From contig JAGXIU010000003.1 in assembly GCA_024635455.1 (NCBI GenBank), positions 3,966 through 67,965 of the forward strand: a stretch of 64,000 nt of DNA, read 5' to 3'. Position numbers and translations under genes: made by a program. This document shows positions 9,494 to 18,450 of the stretch, piece after piece. This DNA comes from Candidatus Saccharimonadota bacterium. Lineage in GTDB: Bacteria > Patescibacteriota > Saccharimonadia > Saccharimonadales > SLHW01. A model generated the notes under the pieces. The model searched no databases and was not told the DNA's origin. It worked only from the letters and a program-made list of their open reading frames with translations. How positions within the stretch are numbered: the stretch's first letter is position 1; every line of letters begins with the position of its first letter.

Positions 9494-10188
9494 AGCGCGA
9501 GGTTACAACTGCAATAGTATTGCGGCGAACAGATTACGGTGAGGCCGATAGAATCGTTAGTCTGTTAACGCATAATCATGGCAAGATTACCGTGTTTGCC
9601 AAAGCTGTGCGTAAACCTAAGTCTCGGTTAGCAGGTGGTATTGAGCTGTTTTCTGTTAACGACATTACATTTATACCGGGCAAGGGAGACATGGCGACAC
9701 TTGTCTCTAGCAGAGTTCTTCAACACTTCGGTAACATCGTCCACGATTATGATGCGACTATGTATGCGTACAAACTTATCAAGGCAGTCGATGCACTAAC
9801 AGAAAACACCGTCAATGAAGAGTTTTTTATATTTCTACGAGAAGCACTGGCCTCGCTCGACAGCCAAAGCTTAAGCCTCGATAAAGTGCAACTCTGGGCG
9901 AGTCTACGCCTATTGGCACTACTAAGCGTGACGCCAAATTTACTAACAGACGAGAAGGGCCAGCAACTGGACTCATCTGCGCGCTATCGGTTTGATGTAG
10001 AAGACATGTGCTTCGTGAAACATCCTGATGGGATGTTTCATGCCCAACACATCAAGCTGATGCGTTTTTGCGTCGGGGCAGAGAGCGGTCTATTATTGCT
10101 GCGCTTACAGGCAGAGGAAGAGTTATTCCAGCCAGCCAAGGCTCTGATGCAGCAACTGGCTAGTGAAACTCTGCAAGTAGATCTGTAG
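9490..10188 (+). CDS. recO: DNA repair protein RecO
   Basis: N-terminal OB-fold pattern TTAIVLRRTDYGEADRIVSLLTHNHGKITVFAKAVRKPKSRLAGGIELFS. 4-nt overlap with the upstream gene. Confidence 0.85.
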   Translation: MKREVTTAIVLRRTDYGEADRIVSLLTHNHGKITVFAKAVRKPKSRLAGGIELFSVNDITFIPGKGDMATLVSSRVLQHFGNIVHDYDATMYAYKLIKAVDALTENTVNEEFFIFLREALASLDSQSLSLDKVQLWASLRLLALLSVTPNLLTDEKGQQLDSSARYRFDVEDMCFVKHPDGMFHAQHIKLMRFCVGAESGLLLLRLQAEEELFQPAKALMQQLASETLQVDL

Positions 10189-10234
10189 CCGTCAGCTATC
10201 GCATTACAGAAGTTTTTCGCTATAATGTGTACTA

Positions 10235-11536
10235 ATGAGTAAAGAAGTATCACTAGAAGACATTGTTAGTTTGTGCAAACGCCGGGGCTTCATTTATCAA
10301 GGCTCTGAGGTTTATGGAGGCTTGGCTGGCACCTGGGACTATGGTCCGTTGGGTGTGCAGCTCAAACGAAACGTCATGAATCTGTGGTGGAAGACGTTTG
10401 TCGATGATCGTGAGGATATGTACGGCGTCGATGCGGCAATTTTAATGAACCAAAAAGTATGGCAGGCGAGTGGTCACACCGATACGTTTACCGACCCTCT
10501 GGTCGAGTGTAATAACTGTCAGTCACGCTTTCGTGCTGACCACCTAGAGGGCGACACCTGTCCAACCTGTGGCCAGAAAGATACCTTTGGCGAGCCGCGC
10601 CAGTTCAATATGATGTTCGAGACACACGTTGGTCCGACTGCAAGCGAGGAGGCCAGGAGCTACCTGCGCCCAGAAACCGCCCAGGGAATTTTTACGAACT
10701 TCAAGCATGTCGTCGATAGCTTCTATCCGGACTTACCATTTGGTATTGCACAGCAGGGTAAAGCCTTCCGTAATGAGATATCACCGCGAGATTTTGTGTT
10801 TCGAAGCCGTGAGTTTGAGCAAATGGAGGTTGAATATTTTGTTCATCCAGACACTTGGGAGCAGGCTTTTGAACAGTGGCGAATAGACATCAAAGCATTT
10901 TTGAACAACCTAGGTTTGCCAGAAGACAAGCTACATGAGCTAGAAGTACCTGAGGATGAGCGTGCACACTACAGTAAGCGTACTATCGACTTTGAGTTTG
11001 ATTACCCGCACAAGCGTGATGAGCTGCTAGGGTTGGCGTACCGCACCGACTTTGACCTAAAGAACATTGAAAAAGCCAGCGGAAAAAAGATGGACTACAC
11101 CGTCAAGGGAACCAATGAGCGTTTTGTGCCTCACGTCATCGAGCCGAGCTTTGGAGTTGAGCGTGCATTAATGGCAGTCTTAGTTAGCGCCTATCAACAA
11201 GATGAAGTAAACGGAGAACAACGATCCTACCTCAAATTACCGCACCATCTCGCGCCAGTGCGCGTCGCCGTTAGCCCATTACTTAAGAATAAAGAAGAGC
11301 TGGTCAAGAAGGCGCGTGAAGTCTACGACTTACTGAAGAAACAATTTGGTAATGTTATGTGGGATGATAACGGTAACATCGGCAAGCGCTACCGCCGTCA
11401 AGACGAGATCGGTACGCCGCACTGCGTTGTCATCGACTTCGACACCCTAGAAGACAGCACCGTCACCATCCGTAACCGCGACACCACCGAGCAAGAACGA
11501 GTCGCCATTTCTGAACTGACAGATAAACTTTCTTAA
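10235..11536 (+). CDS. glyQS: Glycine--tRNA ligase (homodimeric alpha2 type)
   Basis: RGFIYQGSEVYGGLAGTWDYGPLG, class II motifs (RPETAQG, FRNEISPR), anticodon-binding C-terminus. Confidence 0.95.
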   Translation: MSKEVSLEDIVSLCKRRGFIYQGSEVYGGLAGTWDYGPLGVQLKRNVMNLWWKTFVDDREDMYGVDAAILMNQKVWQASGHTDTFTDPLVECNNCQSRFRADHLEGDTCPTCGQKDTFGEPRQFNMMFETHVGPTASEEARSYLRPETAQGIFTNFKHVVDSFYPDLPFGIAQQGKAFRNEISPRDFVFRSREFEQMEVEYFVHPDTWEQAFEQWRIDIKAFLNNLGLPEDKLHELEVPEDERAHYSKRTIDFEFDYPHKRDELLGLAYRTDFDLKNIEKASGKKMDYTVKGTNERFVPHVIEPSFGVERALMAVLVSAYQQDEVNGEQRSYLKLPHHLAPVRVAVSPLLKNKEELVKKAREVYDLLKKQFGNVMWDDNGNIGKRYRRQDEIGTPHCVVIDFDTLEDSTVTIRNRDTTEQERVAISELTDKLS

Positions 11537-11545
11537 AAGTAGATA

Positions 11546-12073
11546 ATGAAGCACGTCGCGATTATTGGATCACCGGGGTCGGGTAAATCGACGTTTGCTC
11601 GCAAGCTTGGCGCAGCAACGGGTTTGCCGGTCGTCCATCTCGATACAGAGCATCATCGGCAAGACAAAGACTACTACACGAATATCGGTTCATGGGATCG
11701 GTATGTACTGTCCGAGATAAAAAAAGAGACGTGGATTATCGAGGGTAACTTTAGCTCTACTTTTGAGCAAAGATTTGCGAAAGCCGACACGATTATATAT
11801 ATTGACACACCACGCTGGTTGACCATTCCGCGTCTGTTTAGGCGCTTGTTCCATCGTTCACCAGAGCGCAGGCCAGAGATGCCAGAGGGCTGGAGCGAGA
11901 AGTTTAATTATAAGTTTTTTCGATACGCATGGCGTTTTAAATATCGCCGCCGACCAATATATATGGATATGCTTCAACAACTACCAAAAACCAAGAGCGT
12001 ATATATACTCAAAAATAAACGAGAAGTGAATAATTTTTTGATTAATGTAATGGCTCAGAACAATTCTGAATAA
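11546..12073 (+). CDS. P-loop kinase, topology-modulation protein (FlaR)/adenylate-kinase-like
   Basis: Walker A IIGSPGSGKSTFARKL. WIIEGNF and ADTIIYIDTPR match the FlaR family pattern. Confidence 0.75.
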   Translation: MKHVAIIGSPGSGKSTFARKLGAATGLPVVHLDTEHHRQDKDYYTNIGSWDRYVLSEIKKETWIIEGNFSSTFEQRFAKADTIIYIDTPRWLTIPRLFRRLFHRSPERRPEMPEGWSEKFNYKFFRYAWRFKYRRRPIYMDMLQQLPKTKSVYILKNKREVNNFLINVMAQNNSE

Positions 12074-12223
12074 ATCACAGAACTAGTCCTACTGGTCGGT
12101 CTTCTGGATTTCGATAGGTTTAAAAAACGAAGCTCCTGGCTTGATCCATCAGCATACTAATTGCTCGCATCGGTTCTCCTGAAGCCTAAAAGGCGATCAG
12201 CCTGAAATCGTAAGGTAACACAG

Positions 12224-12877
12224 ATGCTTGACTTTATTAATATATTGTGCTTAAATATATATATGTCAATAAAAAACAAAAACACACCACATTCAAATAA
12301 CGAAGAAAATATTAACACCACAAAAAGGGTTATCGCTGGAGCTGGAGCTGCTTTGGCGCTTTCTGCAGGGCTTGGAAGTGCTTCAGAGCTACCGCCTGAG
12401 CCAATTAACGCTAATAGCACAATGACCTTTGAAGAATCCGATGCTCCAGTTGAGCAAGATTTACCTGCGCCGAGTGCTATTACTAACCAGCCACAAGAAA
12501 AACTGAGCCTTTCGGAGCTTGATAAACCTGATGATAAAGAAGCACCAGAGCCACATGACGAGCCTAAGAAGGCGGACGCTACTGAAAAGGTCGATCCTGA
12601 AACCAAAACCGATACTCCTGACGGATTTGAGTCTGAACAAGTACATTCGCCTCCAGTTGAAAGCAGTCAAGATAGCTCAGACCAAGCAGAACTACCACCA
12701 GTAAAAGGTGGCCCCGAAGACGTAATTATCCCTCCAAAGGGTGGCCCTCGAGACTTAGTAGGTACTCCATATGAAGTAGAACAGAACGACGCAATACCGC
12801 GTAAGGGTGGCCCCGAAGATTTGGTAGGCACTCCCTATGAGCTCGACGCAGAGCAAGAAAATCCACCTACCAGTTAA
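12224..12877 (+). CDS. Hypothetical secreted acidic repeat protein
   Basis: Signal/TM-like AGAGAALALSAGLG. Three KGGP(E/R)D...VGTPYE(V/L) repeats at the C-terminus. Alternative start ATG 12263. Confidence 0.5.
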   Translation: MLDFINILCLNIYMSIKNKNTPHSNNEENINTTKRVIAGAGAALALSAGLGSASELPPEPINANSTMTFEESDAPVEQDLPAPSAITNQPQEKLSLSELDKPDDKEAPEPHDEPKKADATEKVDPETKTDTPDGFESEQVHSPPVESSQDSSDQAELPPVKGGPEDVIIPPKGGPRDLVGTPYEVEQNDAIPRKGGPEDLVGTPYELDAEQENPPTS

Positions 12878-12966
12878 GAATGGTCCGAAAGGTGTGCAGC
12901 AGTAGTTAGGTAGGTTAGACAAGAATAACCCACTGCTAAATACTAAAAAATATTTATTTTGAGTTT

Positions 12967-12990
12967 TCGCCTCACAGGCGACCTCTTTTT
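12967..12990 (+). terminator. Rho-independent terminator candidate
   Basis: Stem TCGCCT/AGGCGA with a 3-nt loop, followed by CCTCTTTTT. Lies about 90 nt after the stop at 12877. Confidence 0.4.
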
Positions 12991-13200
12991 GTCTGCAGTA
13001 ACAAAAAGTGACAAAAAATACCACAGGCGACAGAAATTTCGTGGCGTATTTGTTGATGCAAAACAGGCTTGCTGCGGAACTTGACGATAAATTGCCGCTG
13101 GCAACTTAGACATTTCGAACAGTTGCAATTAGATTCTTACGATAATTTTCAAACAAACAAATCACATTATCCGCACACTCGTAAAATTAATAAGTTAGAA

Positions 13201-13443
13201 ATGGCCATACTTAGGCTAAGGTCCAACTTGGCTCAAGCGGAAGGGCGTCCTGCAGATTCTAACGAATATATGCGTATGGTTAATAATCTTGACCCCGAGC
13301 ATAGTCATGACAAAAAGTCACTAGACATGGACAATTTAGTAGAGCAAACTATTAAATTTGTTGCAGGATTTTTATTACCGGGAATAATTATCTACGCTTA
13401 CGTGCTATATTTTTTGGAAATTATAAATGCACCAATCTCTTGA
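13201..13443 (+). CDS. Hypothetical small tail-anchored membrane protein
   Basis: ATG 13201 (MAILRLRSNL...). C-terminal TM helix FVAGFLLPGIIIYAYVLYFL. No homology recognised. Confidence 0.3.
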   Translation: MAILRLRSNLAQAEGRPADSNEYMRMVNNLDPEHSHDKKSLDMDNLVEQTIKFVAGFLLPGIIIYAYVLYFLEIINAPIS

Positions 13444-13516
13444 TCAGCTAAAACGCTGATTGCTCGCATTGGTTTCCCTGAGCCTGGCGAGCAACAAAAC
13501 ATGTATAATCAAACAT

Positions 13517-13798
13517 ATGTATTCTTTGATTGTTACGTTGTTGGCGGTGGTGATACTTATCTATATGTTCGAAGTGTTGCGAAGGAAGTCATCGCCCCGA
13601 GTAAAGCGGACCGGTTTATTAGCTTGGCTAGCGATAGGGGTGATAGTGGCTGGCTACGGCTTCTACATGGCATGGTTGCGAAGCGAGCCAGCTGGTATTG
13701 GTTTTGTCATATTATTTGCAATGACCTTGTTATTTTGGGTACTGCCAACAGGGCTTTTGCTCTGGCTAGATATCCGACCAGATACACCAGAGAAATAA
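13517..13798 (+). CDS. Hypothetical small polytopic membrane protein
   Basis: ATG 13517 (MYSLIVTLLAVVILIYMF...), three hydrophobic helices. The longer TTG-13460 ORF would read through a conserved non-coding motif. Confidence 0.45.
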   Translation: MYSLIVTLLAVVILIYMFEVLRRKSSPRVKRTGLLAWLAIGVIVAGYGFYMAWLRSEPAGIGFVILFAMTLLFWVLPTGLLLWLDIRPDTPEK

Positions 13799-13806
13799 GT
13801 CAAAGG

Positions 13807-14403
13807 TTATTCAATGTCGTCAAAGAGCCCTGCGAGTTCTTCGCCGTATTGAGCTTCAAGCGAGGAAATATTGATTGCTCGTTCGGCGAGTGCATTTGGG
13901 TTGAGCGCTTGTTCTGCTAGCATTTCGCCATAGCCGACTCCTGCACGCATGGCCATTGGGTCGTAGTTATCACCGGGGTGAGCGAACACTGCATAATTTG
14001 CACAAGACGCCATAGCGTCATCATGGCCTAATACATCTGCGCCAAGTCGGATAGCGGCAGCGGCCATAGTCTCTTCGTTATCACGACGATAGTCGTTCAG
14101 TGCGTAGAAATGATCTCGAAAGGCATCGTCATCCATAACCACATCTGACTTAATAGCAACGAAAGCAAGGCCGAGACACGCTCCGCGTTTGAAAGAACGT
14201 TCTTCTGCTGGCGATTTCATGCGTAGCGCCATCCGGTGAAAGTGTGATGGAACCATAACGCTACCAGCACGCAATACTTTACGACCAATATTTATTATAA
14301 ATGATTTATCACTGTATATAAGCAGCGATTCCGCTTCTTTGACATGCCATGCTTCTAGTCGAGCTTCGCGTGGTTCAGGGAATGGGTTAAGTGGTTCTGC
14401 CAT
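13807..14403 (-). CDS. Hypothetical protein (198 aa, soluble)
   Basis: Long ORF with normal codon usage. No motif recognised. Confidence 0.5.
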   Translation of the reverse strand: MAEPLNPFPEPREARLEAWHVKEAESLLIYSDKSFIINIGRKVLRAGSVMVPSHFHRMALRMKSPAEERSFKRGACLGLAFVAIKSDVVMDDDAFRDHFYALNDYRRDNEETMAAAAIRLGADVLGHDDAMASCANYAVFAHPGDNYDPMAMRAGVGYGEMLAEQALNPNALAERAINISSLEAQYGEELAGLFDDIE

Positions 14404-14496
14404 AACGATATTTCCTTATAAACCACTATACCAGAATACTTATGTAATATCATATGATTGACAAACTGCAAGGCATCGGTACATAGTAGAGGTATT

Positions 14497-15075
14497 ATGA
14501 TAGAAAAGTGTACACACCTGCCATGCGGGTTTGAAAACCGGCTTGAATACTGCGAGCTGGAGGCGCGAGACGAGCAGAACGCAGAGATAGTCGCTGCATT
14601 GCTTGATGATCTCCTATTTGAAAGCGACGATGTAAGTAGTAGTCAGTATAAGCACGAAAACACCAGCAAGAGCGGCTTATCTGAGCGATCATTCAGCTTC
14701 ATGTCGGCAGACGGCGGCAGGCTGCAAGAGCTAGACGTAACACTCCGCCATGAGCGGAAGTATGCAGTCCAATTAGATTGCTATAAAGTTGAAGTTGCTC
14801 GTCGTCAATCAAATATAGCTAGCATGGGAAGCAATTGGCAAAAAAATCAATATGTTATTGAAATATACCCGAAGGGTAGGGTCCACGGAACAATAGATCG
14901 TATCAACCCATTCGTTACGCGTAGCGGAGAAATTGAAGAAGGTAGCGGCATAGACATTATGCGTGGATACGACTATGTACAATTATTCGAAGAGCTGGCT
15001 AACGTGTGCGAGCTACATGAAATCGAACAAGTTGATAACCACAATAGTCTCCGTGCGGGAGTAGAGCTCGAGTAG
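14497..15075 (+). CDS. Hypothetical protein (192 aa, acidic)
   Basis: ATG 14497 preceded by an AGAGG Shine-Dalgarno sequence. The TTG at 14458 is less likely. No motif recognised. Confidence 0.5.
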   Translation: MIEKCTHLPCGFENRLEYCELEARDEQNAEIVAALLDDLLFESDDVSSSQYKHENTSKSGLSERSFSFMSADGGRLQELDVTLRHERKYAVQLDCYKVEVARRQSNIASMGSNWQKNQYVIEIYPKGRVHGTIDRINPFVTRSGEIEEGSGIDIMRGYDYVQLFEELANVCELHEIEQVDNHNSLRAGVELE

Positions 15076-15355
15076 AGTTTTCTTGCAAAACGCACTCAGC
15101 TAAGACATAATGACATGCAACGACCACGTATCATGCGCGGCCTACTTACAGCAAATATCAACAGTAATACATAACAAACATCACCAAAATATACCGATCG
15201 TGATGTAAAGAAAGGTACATATTAAGTCCGCCATTATAATTCAAGATAAGGGTATCGAGCATTGCGATGCAGGGCAGGCTAGTCAGTCGTTTGCCGAACA
15301 ATGGTATGGCTGGGTCGGTCAAAGCATCACCGAACAATCGCATGCTGATGTAGCA

Positions 15356-15832
15356 GTGCCACACATGCCAAATCCATGCATTCCCAAATATGATGCTTGG
15401 AAGCAAAGCTTAGAAGAACTTGATGTTGATGACGAGACGGTCCTTATAGGACATGGACTTGGCGCGAGCTTCCTTACGCGCTGGTTATCAGAAAGGGGGC
15501 GGCGTGACGTCACACCAGAACAACTTGTACTTGTCGGTCCGTGGCATCGACATCGACAGCGACAGGTTGGTGCGGAATTTTTACATTATGATATTGATAG
15601 GAATCTGGCAAAACGGGTTGGACGAATCAGCCTTCTAACTTCAGTGGACAGCAGCGTCAACCTACTTATTAGCGCAAATCATCTTTATAAAAAGCTCGGT
15701 ACAGATATTGACCACTATTCTTTTGACGGGTTCGGAAATTTTATTGTTGGCAATAGTATGAGCGCTGAGCCATTTCCTGAATTACTTCAGATTGTTAATG
15801 CTCAGGATAACGTCAATAACCAAGACTTTTAA
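15356..15832 (+). CDS. YdeN/COG3545-like alpha/beta serine-hydrolase homolog, catalytic residues degenerate, N-terminus possibly decayed
   Basis: MPNPxxPxxxxW and LIGHGLGASFL (usual GHSLG, so Ser is replaced by Gly). GFGNF sits where the catalytic GH is expected. Family-like sequence continues upstream to the stop at 15206 without an ATG/GTG/TTG. Confidence 0.4.
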   Translation: MPHMPNPCIPKYDAWKQSLEELDVDDETVLIGHGLGASFLTRWLSERGRRDVTPEQLVLVGPWHRHRQRQVGAEFLHYDIDRNLAKRVGRISLLTSVDSSVNLLISANHLYKKLGTDIDHYSFDGFGNFIVGNSMSAEPFPELLQIVNAQDNVNNQDF

Positions 15833-16659
15833 AAAAGTCTGAGCGAGCGAATGATACCCAGTGCTTGTTTATATGCGTTCGTAGACTGAAATACCTGTGG
15901 TGACATCGAGTGCATTTCTAAGTCATCTTCTAGTGCAGGTGAGCTGTAGCCGCCAGCGATTATGTATGTATCTGGAGCCTGACCAAAATCTGGACCTAGT
16001 GTATCACCTACGCTGAGTGAGAAGTTACCAGCAATGAACAAGAAGGATATGTGATCTGATCGATCAAGTCCAAAGAATGAGACATTTGTATCCTCGCGCT
16101 GCCCAAGTGCTGGATCGGTGTAGGTTAGTGACTCTGAGGCGAGTGATGCCACTCCTCGTCCAATATAATTACTATCCGATTCCCGTGCTCCTTGGCGAAG
16201 ATAGAGCCGAAAGACACCATCATCGATAACTGTATTGTTTGCAGTGGTAAAACCAAAAGCAGGTGATTCTATAGTGACGTCGTCTTCACCTTCAGTTAAC
16301 GTCCAGTTTGTTGGATAGGTCACTTCCATACGTGGGCTAGAAGTTTTAGCTTGCTCGGTGCTTGTTACGGCCGGTATGTCATCTTCGCTAGCTCCGGGCT
16401 CTGCTTGGTTGCTTGCAGCGGGGGTTGGCGCAACTTGCTCGGTTGCTTGGTCAGTCGTATCAGTATCATTTGTATCAGTAAGTAGTTGCCAAGCAAAAAA
16501 GCCGCCAAATACAATAAGAATGATCACAACAGCAATAATAATCGGTCGTTTCCAGGAACGCTTCGGCATAGAGCTTACCCAGTCATCAGTATCTGGCTCG
16601 CCGGGCAGATCAAGTGGTTCGTTAAAGAACTCTTCATCTGATTGTTTATTGTCTTCCAT
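15829..16659 (-). CDS. Hypothetical membrane-anchored extracytoplasmic protein
   Basis: Acidic N-terminus, one TM helix (IIIAVVIILIVFGGFFAWQLL), Thr/Asp-rich linker, about 170-aa domain. Confidence 0.55.
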   Translation of the reverse strand: MEDNKQSDEEFFNEPLDLPGEPDTDDWVSSMPKRSWKRPIIIAVVIILIVFGGFFAWQLLTDTNDTDTTDQATEQVAPTPAASNQAEPGASEDDIPAVTSTEQAKTSSPRMEVTYPTNWTLTEGEDDVTIESPAFGFTTANNTVIDDGVFRLYLRQGARESDSNYIGRGVASLASESLTYTDPALGQREDTNVSFFGLDRSDHISFLFIAGNFSLSVGDTLGPDFGQAPDTYIIAGGYSSPALEDDLEMHSMSPQVFQSTNAYKQALGIIRSLRLF

Positions 16660-16696
16660 CGAGTCTCCCTCGTTTATGCTTACATAATACCATCTT

Positions 16697-17338
16697 GTGT
16701 ATTATAGGGGTATGAGTAGAGAAGATAGACAACAACAAATTCAAACTGGTATACATCATTTGTCCTCACATGACCCTCGCCTAGCGAACGCCATAGAAGA
16801 AACAGGTGTTATATTCAGCGTTGAACCACATGATCGATACTATGAAGCGCTTGTGCGTGCAATCATATCGCAGCAGCTTAGTGTAGCGGCTGCCAATACT
16901 ATTGAGATGAGGCTACGACAGTTGTTTGTAGGCGATACGTTTACAGCACAAGAATTACTTAAGCTATCAGACGAGGAACTAAAGAGTGTTGGGATTTCCC
17001 GTAATAAGGTGACCTACTTAAAGGATCTAGCAAGTCATATAGATAGCGGTGAAATAATGGTACATGATTTCTCGACCGCTTCAGACGAAGCAGTGGTCGC
17101 TTCTTTAACGGCAGTGAAGGGGATAGGGGTATGGACTGCCCAGATGTTCCTAATATTTTGCTTGGGTAGGCTCAACGTATTGCCTTCGGCTGACTTAGGA
17201 ATACAGGTTGGCATACAGCAGACATACGAATTAAACGAGAGACCAACACCTAAGCAAGTTGAAGAGCTAGCGAATAACAACACGTGGTACCCTTACGCAA
17301 GTATTGCTAGCTGGTATCTGTGGAAGAATAAGGAGTAA
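16697..17338 (+). CDS. HhH-GPD DNA glycosylase (AlkA / 3-methyladenine DNA glycosylase II-like)
   Basis: Helix-hairpin-helix VKGIGVWTAQMFLIF, then LPSADLGIQ containing the catalytic Asp. Start is GTG 16697 or ATG 16712. Confidence 0.8.
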   Translation: MYYRGMSREDRQQQIQTGIHHLSSHDPRLANAIEETGVIFSVEPHDRYYEALVRAIISQQLSVAAANTIEMRLRQLFVGDTFTAQELLKLSDEELKSVGISRNKVTYLKDLASHIDSGEIMVHDFSTASDEAVVASLTAVKGIGVWTAQMFLIFCLGRLNVLPSADLGIQVGIQQTYELNERPTPKQVEELANNNTWYPYASIASWYLWKNKE

Positions 17339-17375
17339 AATTATAATATTATTATAATTGTGTTATAATAAAATC

Positions 17376-17570
17376 ATGAAATCACAATCTACACAAAAGG
17401 TAATTCAGATAGGTTCAAGTATTGGTGTCACTATACCAATACGCGAGGCTCGTTATCATGGTATCAAGACAGGGCAGAAAGTGCGAATGAGTGTAGAGAG
17501 CCATAACGATGGTGAGACTATTATACGTATATTTAAACCATCTTGGTGGCGCCGCCTCTTCTCGCGTTAA
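17376..17570 (+). CDS. AbrB/MazE/SpoVT-family small DNA-binding protein (orphan antitoxin-like)
   Basis: Swapped-hairpin motif KVIQIGSSIGVTIPIREARYHGIKTGQKV. No adjacent toxin ORF. Confidence 0.6.
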   Translation: MKSQSTQKVIQIGSSIGVTIPIREARYHGIKTGQKVRMSVESHNDGETIIRIFKPSWWRRLFSR

Positions 17571-17631
17571 TGTGCACCGGTTATCAAAAAATAATCTGCT
17601 AAACTTAGTCACATAAGTTTAAAGGAGGCAT

Positions 17632-18405
17632 GTGGTGTTCCAAAAAAAGAAAATTCAGAAACTTATTCGCTTCAATATGGTTATGTCAGCTATCCATGCG
17701 TCTCAAGGATTATTAGTTTTATTCATTAGTAGTAGCTTTAGTCTACCGATAACTTCAAGCTATCTAGCCTTTAACGAAACAACCGAATCGCTCGAGCAAG
17801 CTTCAAAGGTGTTGTTTGATCTGCCTCTCGCTCCACTGGTGGCACTATTCTTCTTCATCTCTGCTGGTTTTCATTTATTTATAGCCACGGCTGGTAAGAA
17901 GCAATATTCTCGTGACCTGAAACAAGGCATCAATCGATTCCGTTGGTATGAATACGCCATCTCTGCTTCTATTATGATGGTTGCTATCGCTATGTTAGCT
18001 GGTGTTTATGAGCTGTCACTTCTTATTGCAGTATTCGGCTTTACTGCGATTATGAACCTACTGGGCCTCGTAATGGAAGTACACAATCAGACAACGAAGC
18101 AAACCAATTGGTTGAGCTATGTAGTAGGTTGTGTTTCTGGCATCGTGCCGTGGATTATTGTGGCGATATATTTCTGGGGTACTGCGAGTGAGAGCGGAGC
18201 GAGCGCTATCCCTACATTTGTGTATTGGATATATGTATCGATATTCTTGTTCTTTAATGCCTTTGCGCTAAATATGGTGCTCCAATACAAGAAAATCGGT
18301 AAATGGAAGGACTATCTGTATGGAGAAAAATCCTACATTGTACTTAGCCTTGTGGCAAAATCGTTACTAGCTTGGCAAGTATTCGGTGGTACGCTGCAGC
18401 CTTAA
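17632..18405 (+). CDS. Heliorhodopsin (7-TM retinal protein)
   Basis: End-to-end by-eye match to heliorhodopsin 48C12: FRWYEYAISASIMM, GIVPWI, FLFFNAFAL, GEKSYIVLSLVAKSLLAWQVFGGTLQP (Schiff-base Lys in LVAKS). AAAGGAGG Shine-Dalgarno sequence upstream. Confidence 0.85.
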   Translation: MVFQKKKIQKLIRFNMVMSAIHASQGLLVLFISSSFSLPITSSYLAFNETTESLEQASKVLFDLPLAPLVALFFFISAGFHLFIATAGKKQYSRDLKQGINRFRWYEYAISASIMMVAIAMLAGVYELSLLIAVFGFTAIMNLLGLVMEVHNQTTKQTNWLSYVVGCVSGIVPWIIVAIYFWGTASESGASAIPTFVYWIYVSIFLFFNAFALNMVLQYKKIGKWKDYLYGEKSYIVLSLVAKSLLAWQVFGGTLQP

Positions 18406-18450
18406 TCGGGACACGTTATAATGATGAACAGAAAAAACAAGGAGGGAACT

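Noticed and set aside
13460-13920. TTG-13460 start for the small membrane protein, and the alternative 139-aa ORF 13501-13920.
   Set aside because: The TTG extension would translate through the conserved upstream motif. The 13501 ORF is out of frame with the hydrophobic-helix frame and overlaps the convergent gene at 13807-14403.
17376-17570. AbrB/MazE-like gene as part of a toxin-antitoxin system.
   Set aside because: There is no toxin-sized ORF adjacent on either side. The next gene is the heliorhodopsin, which has its own Shine-Dalgarno sequence.
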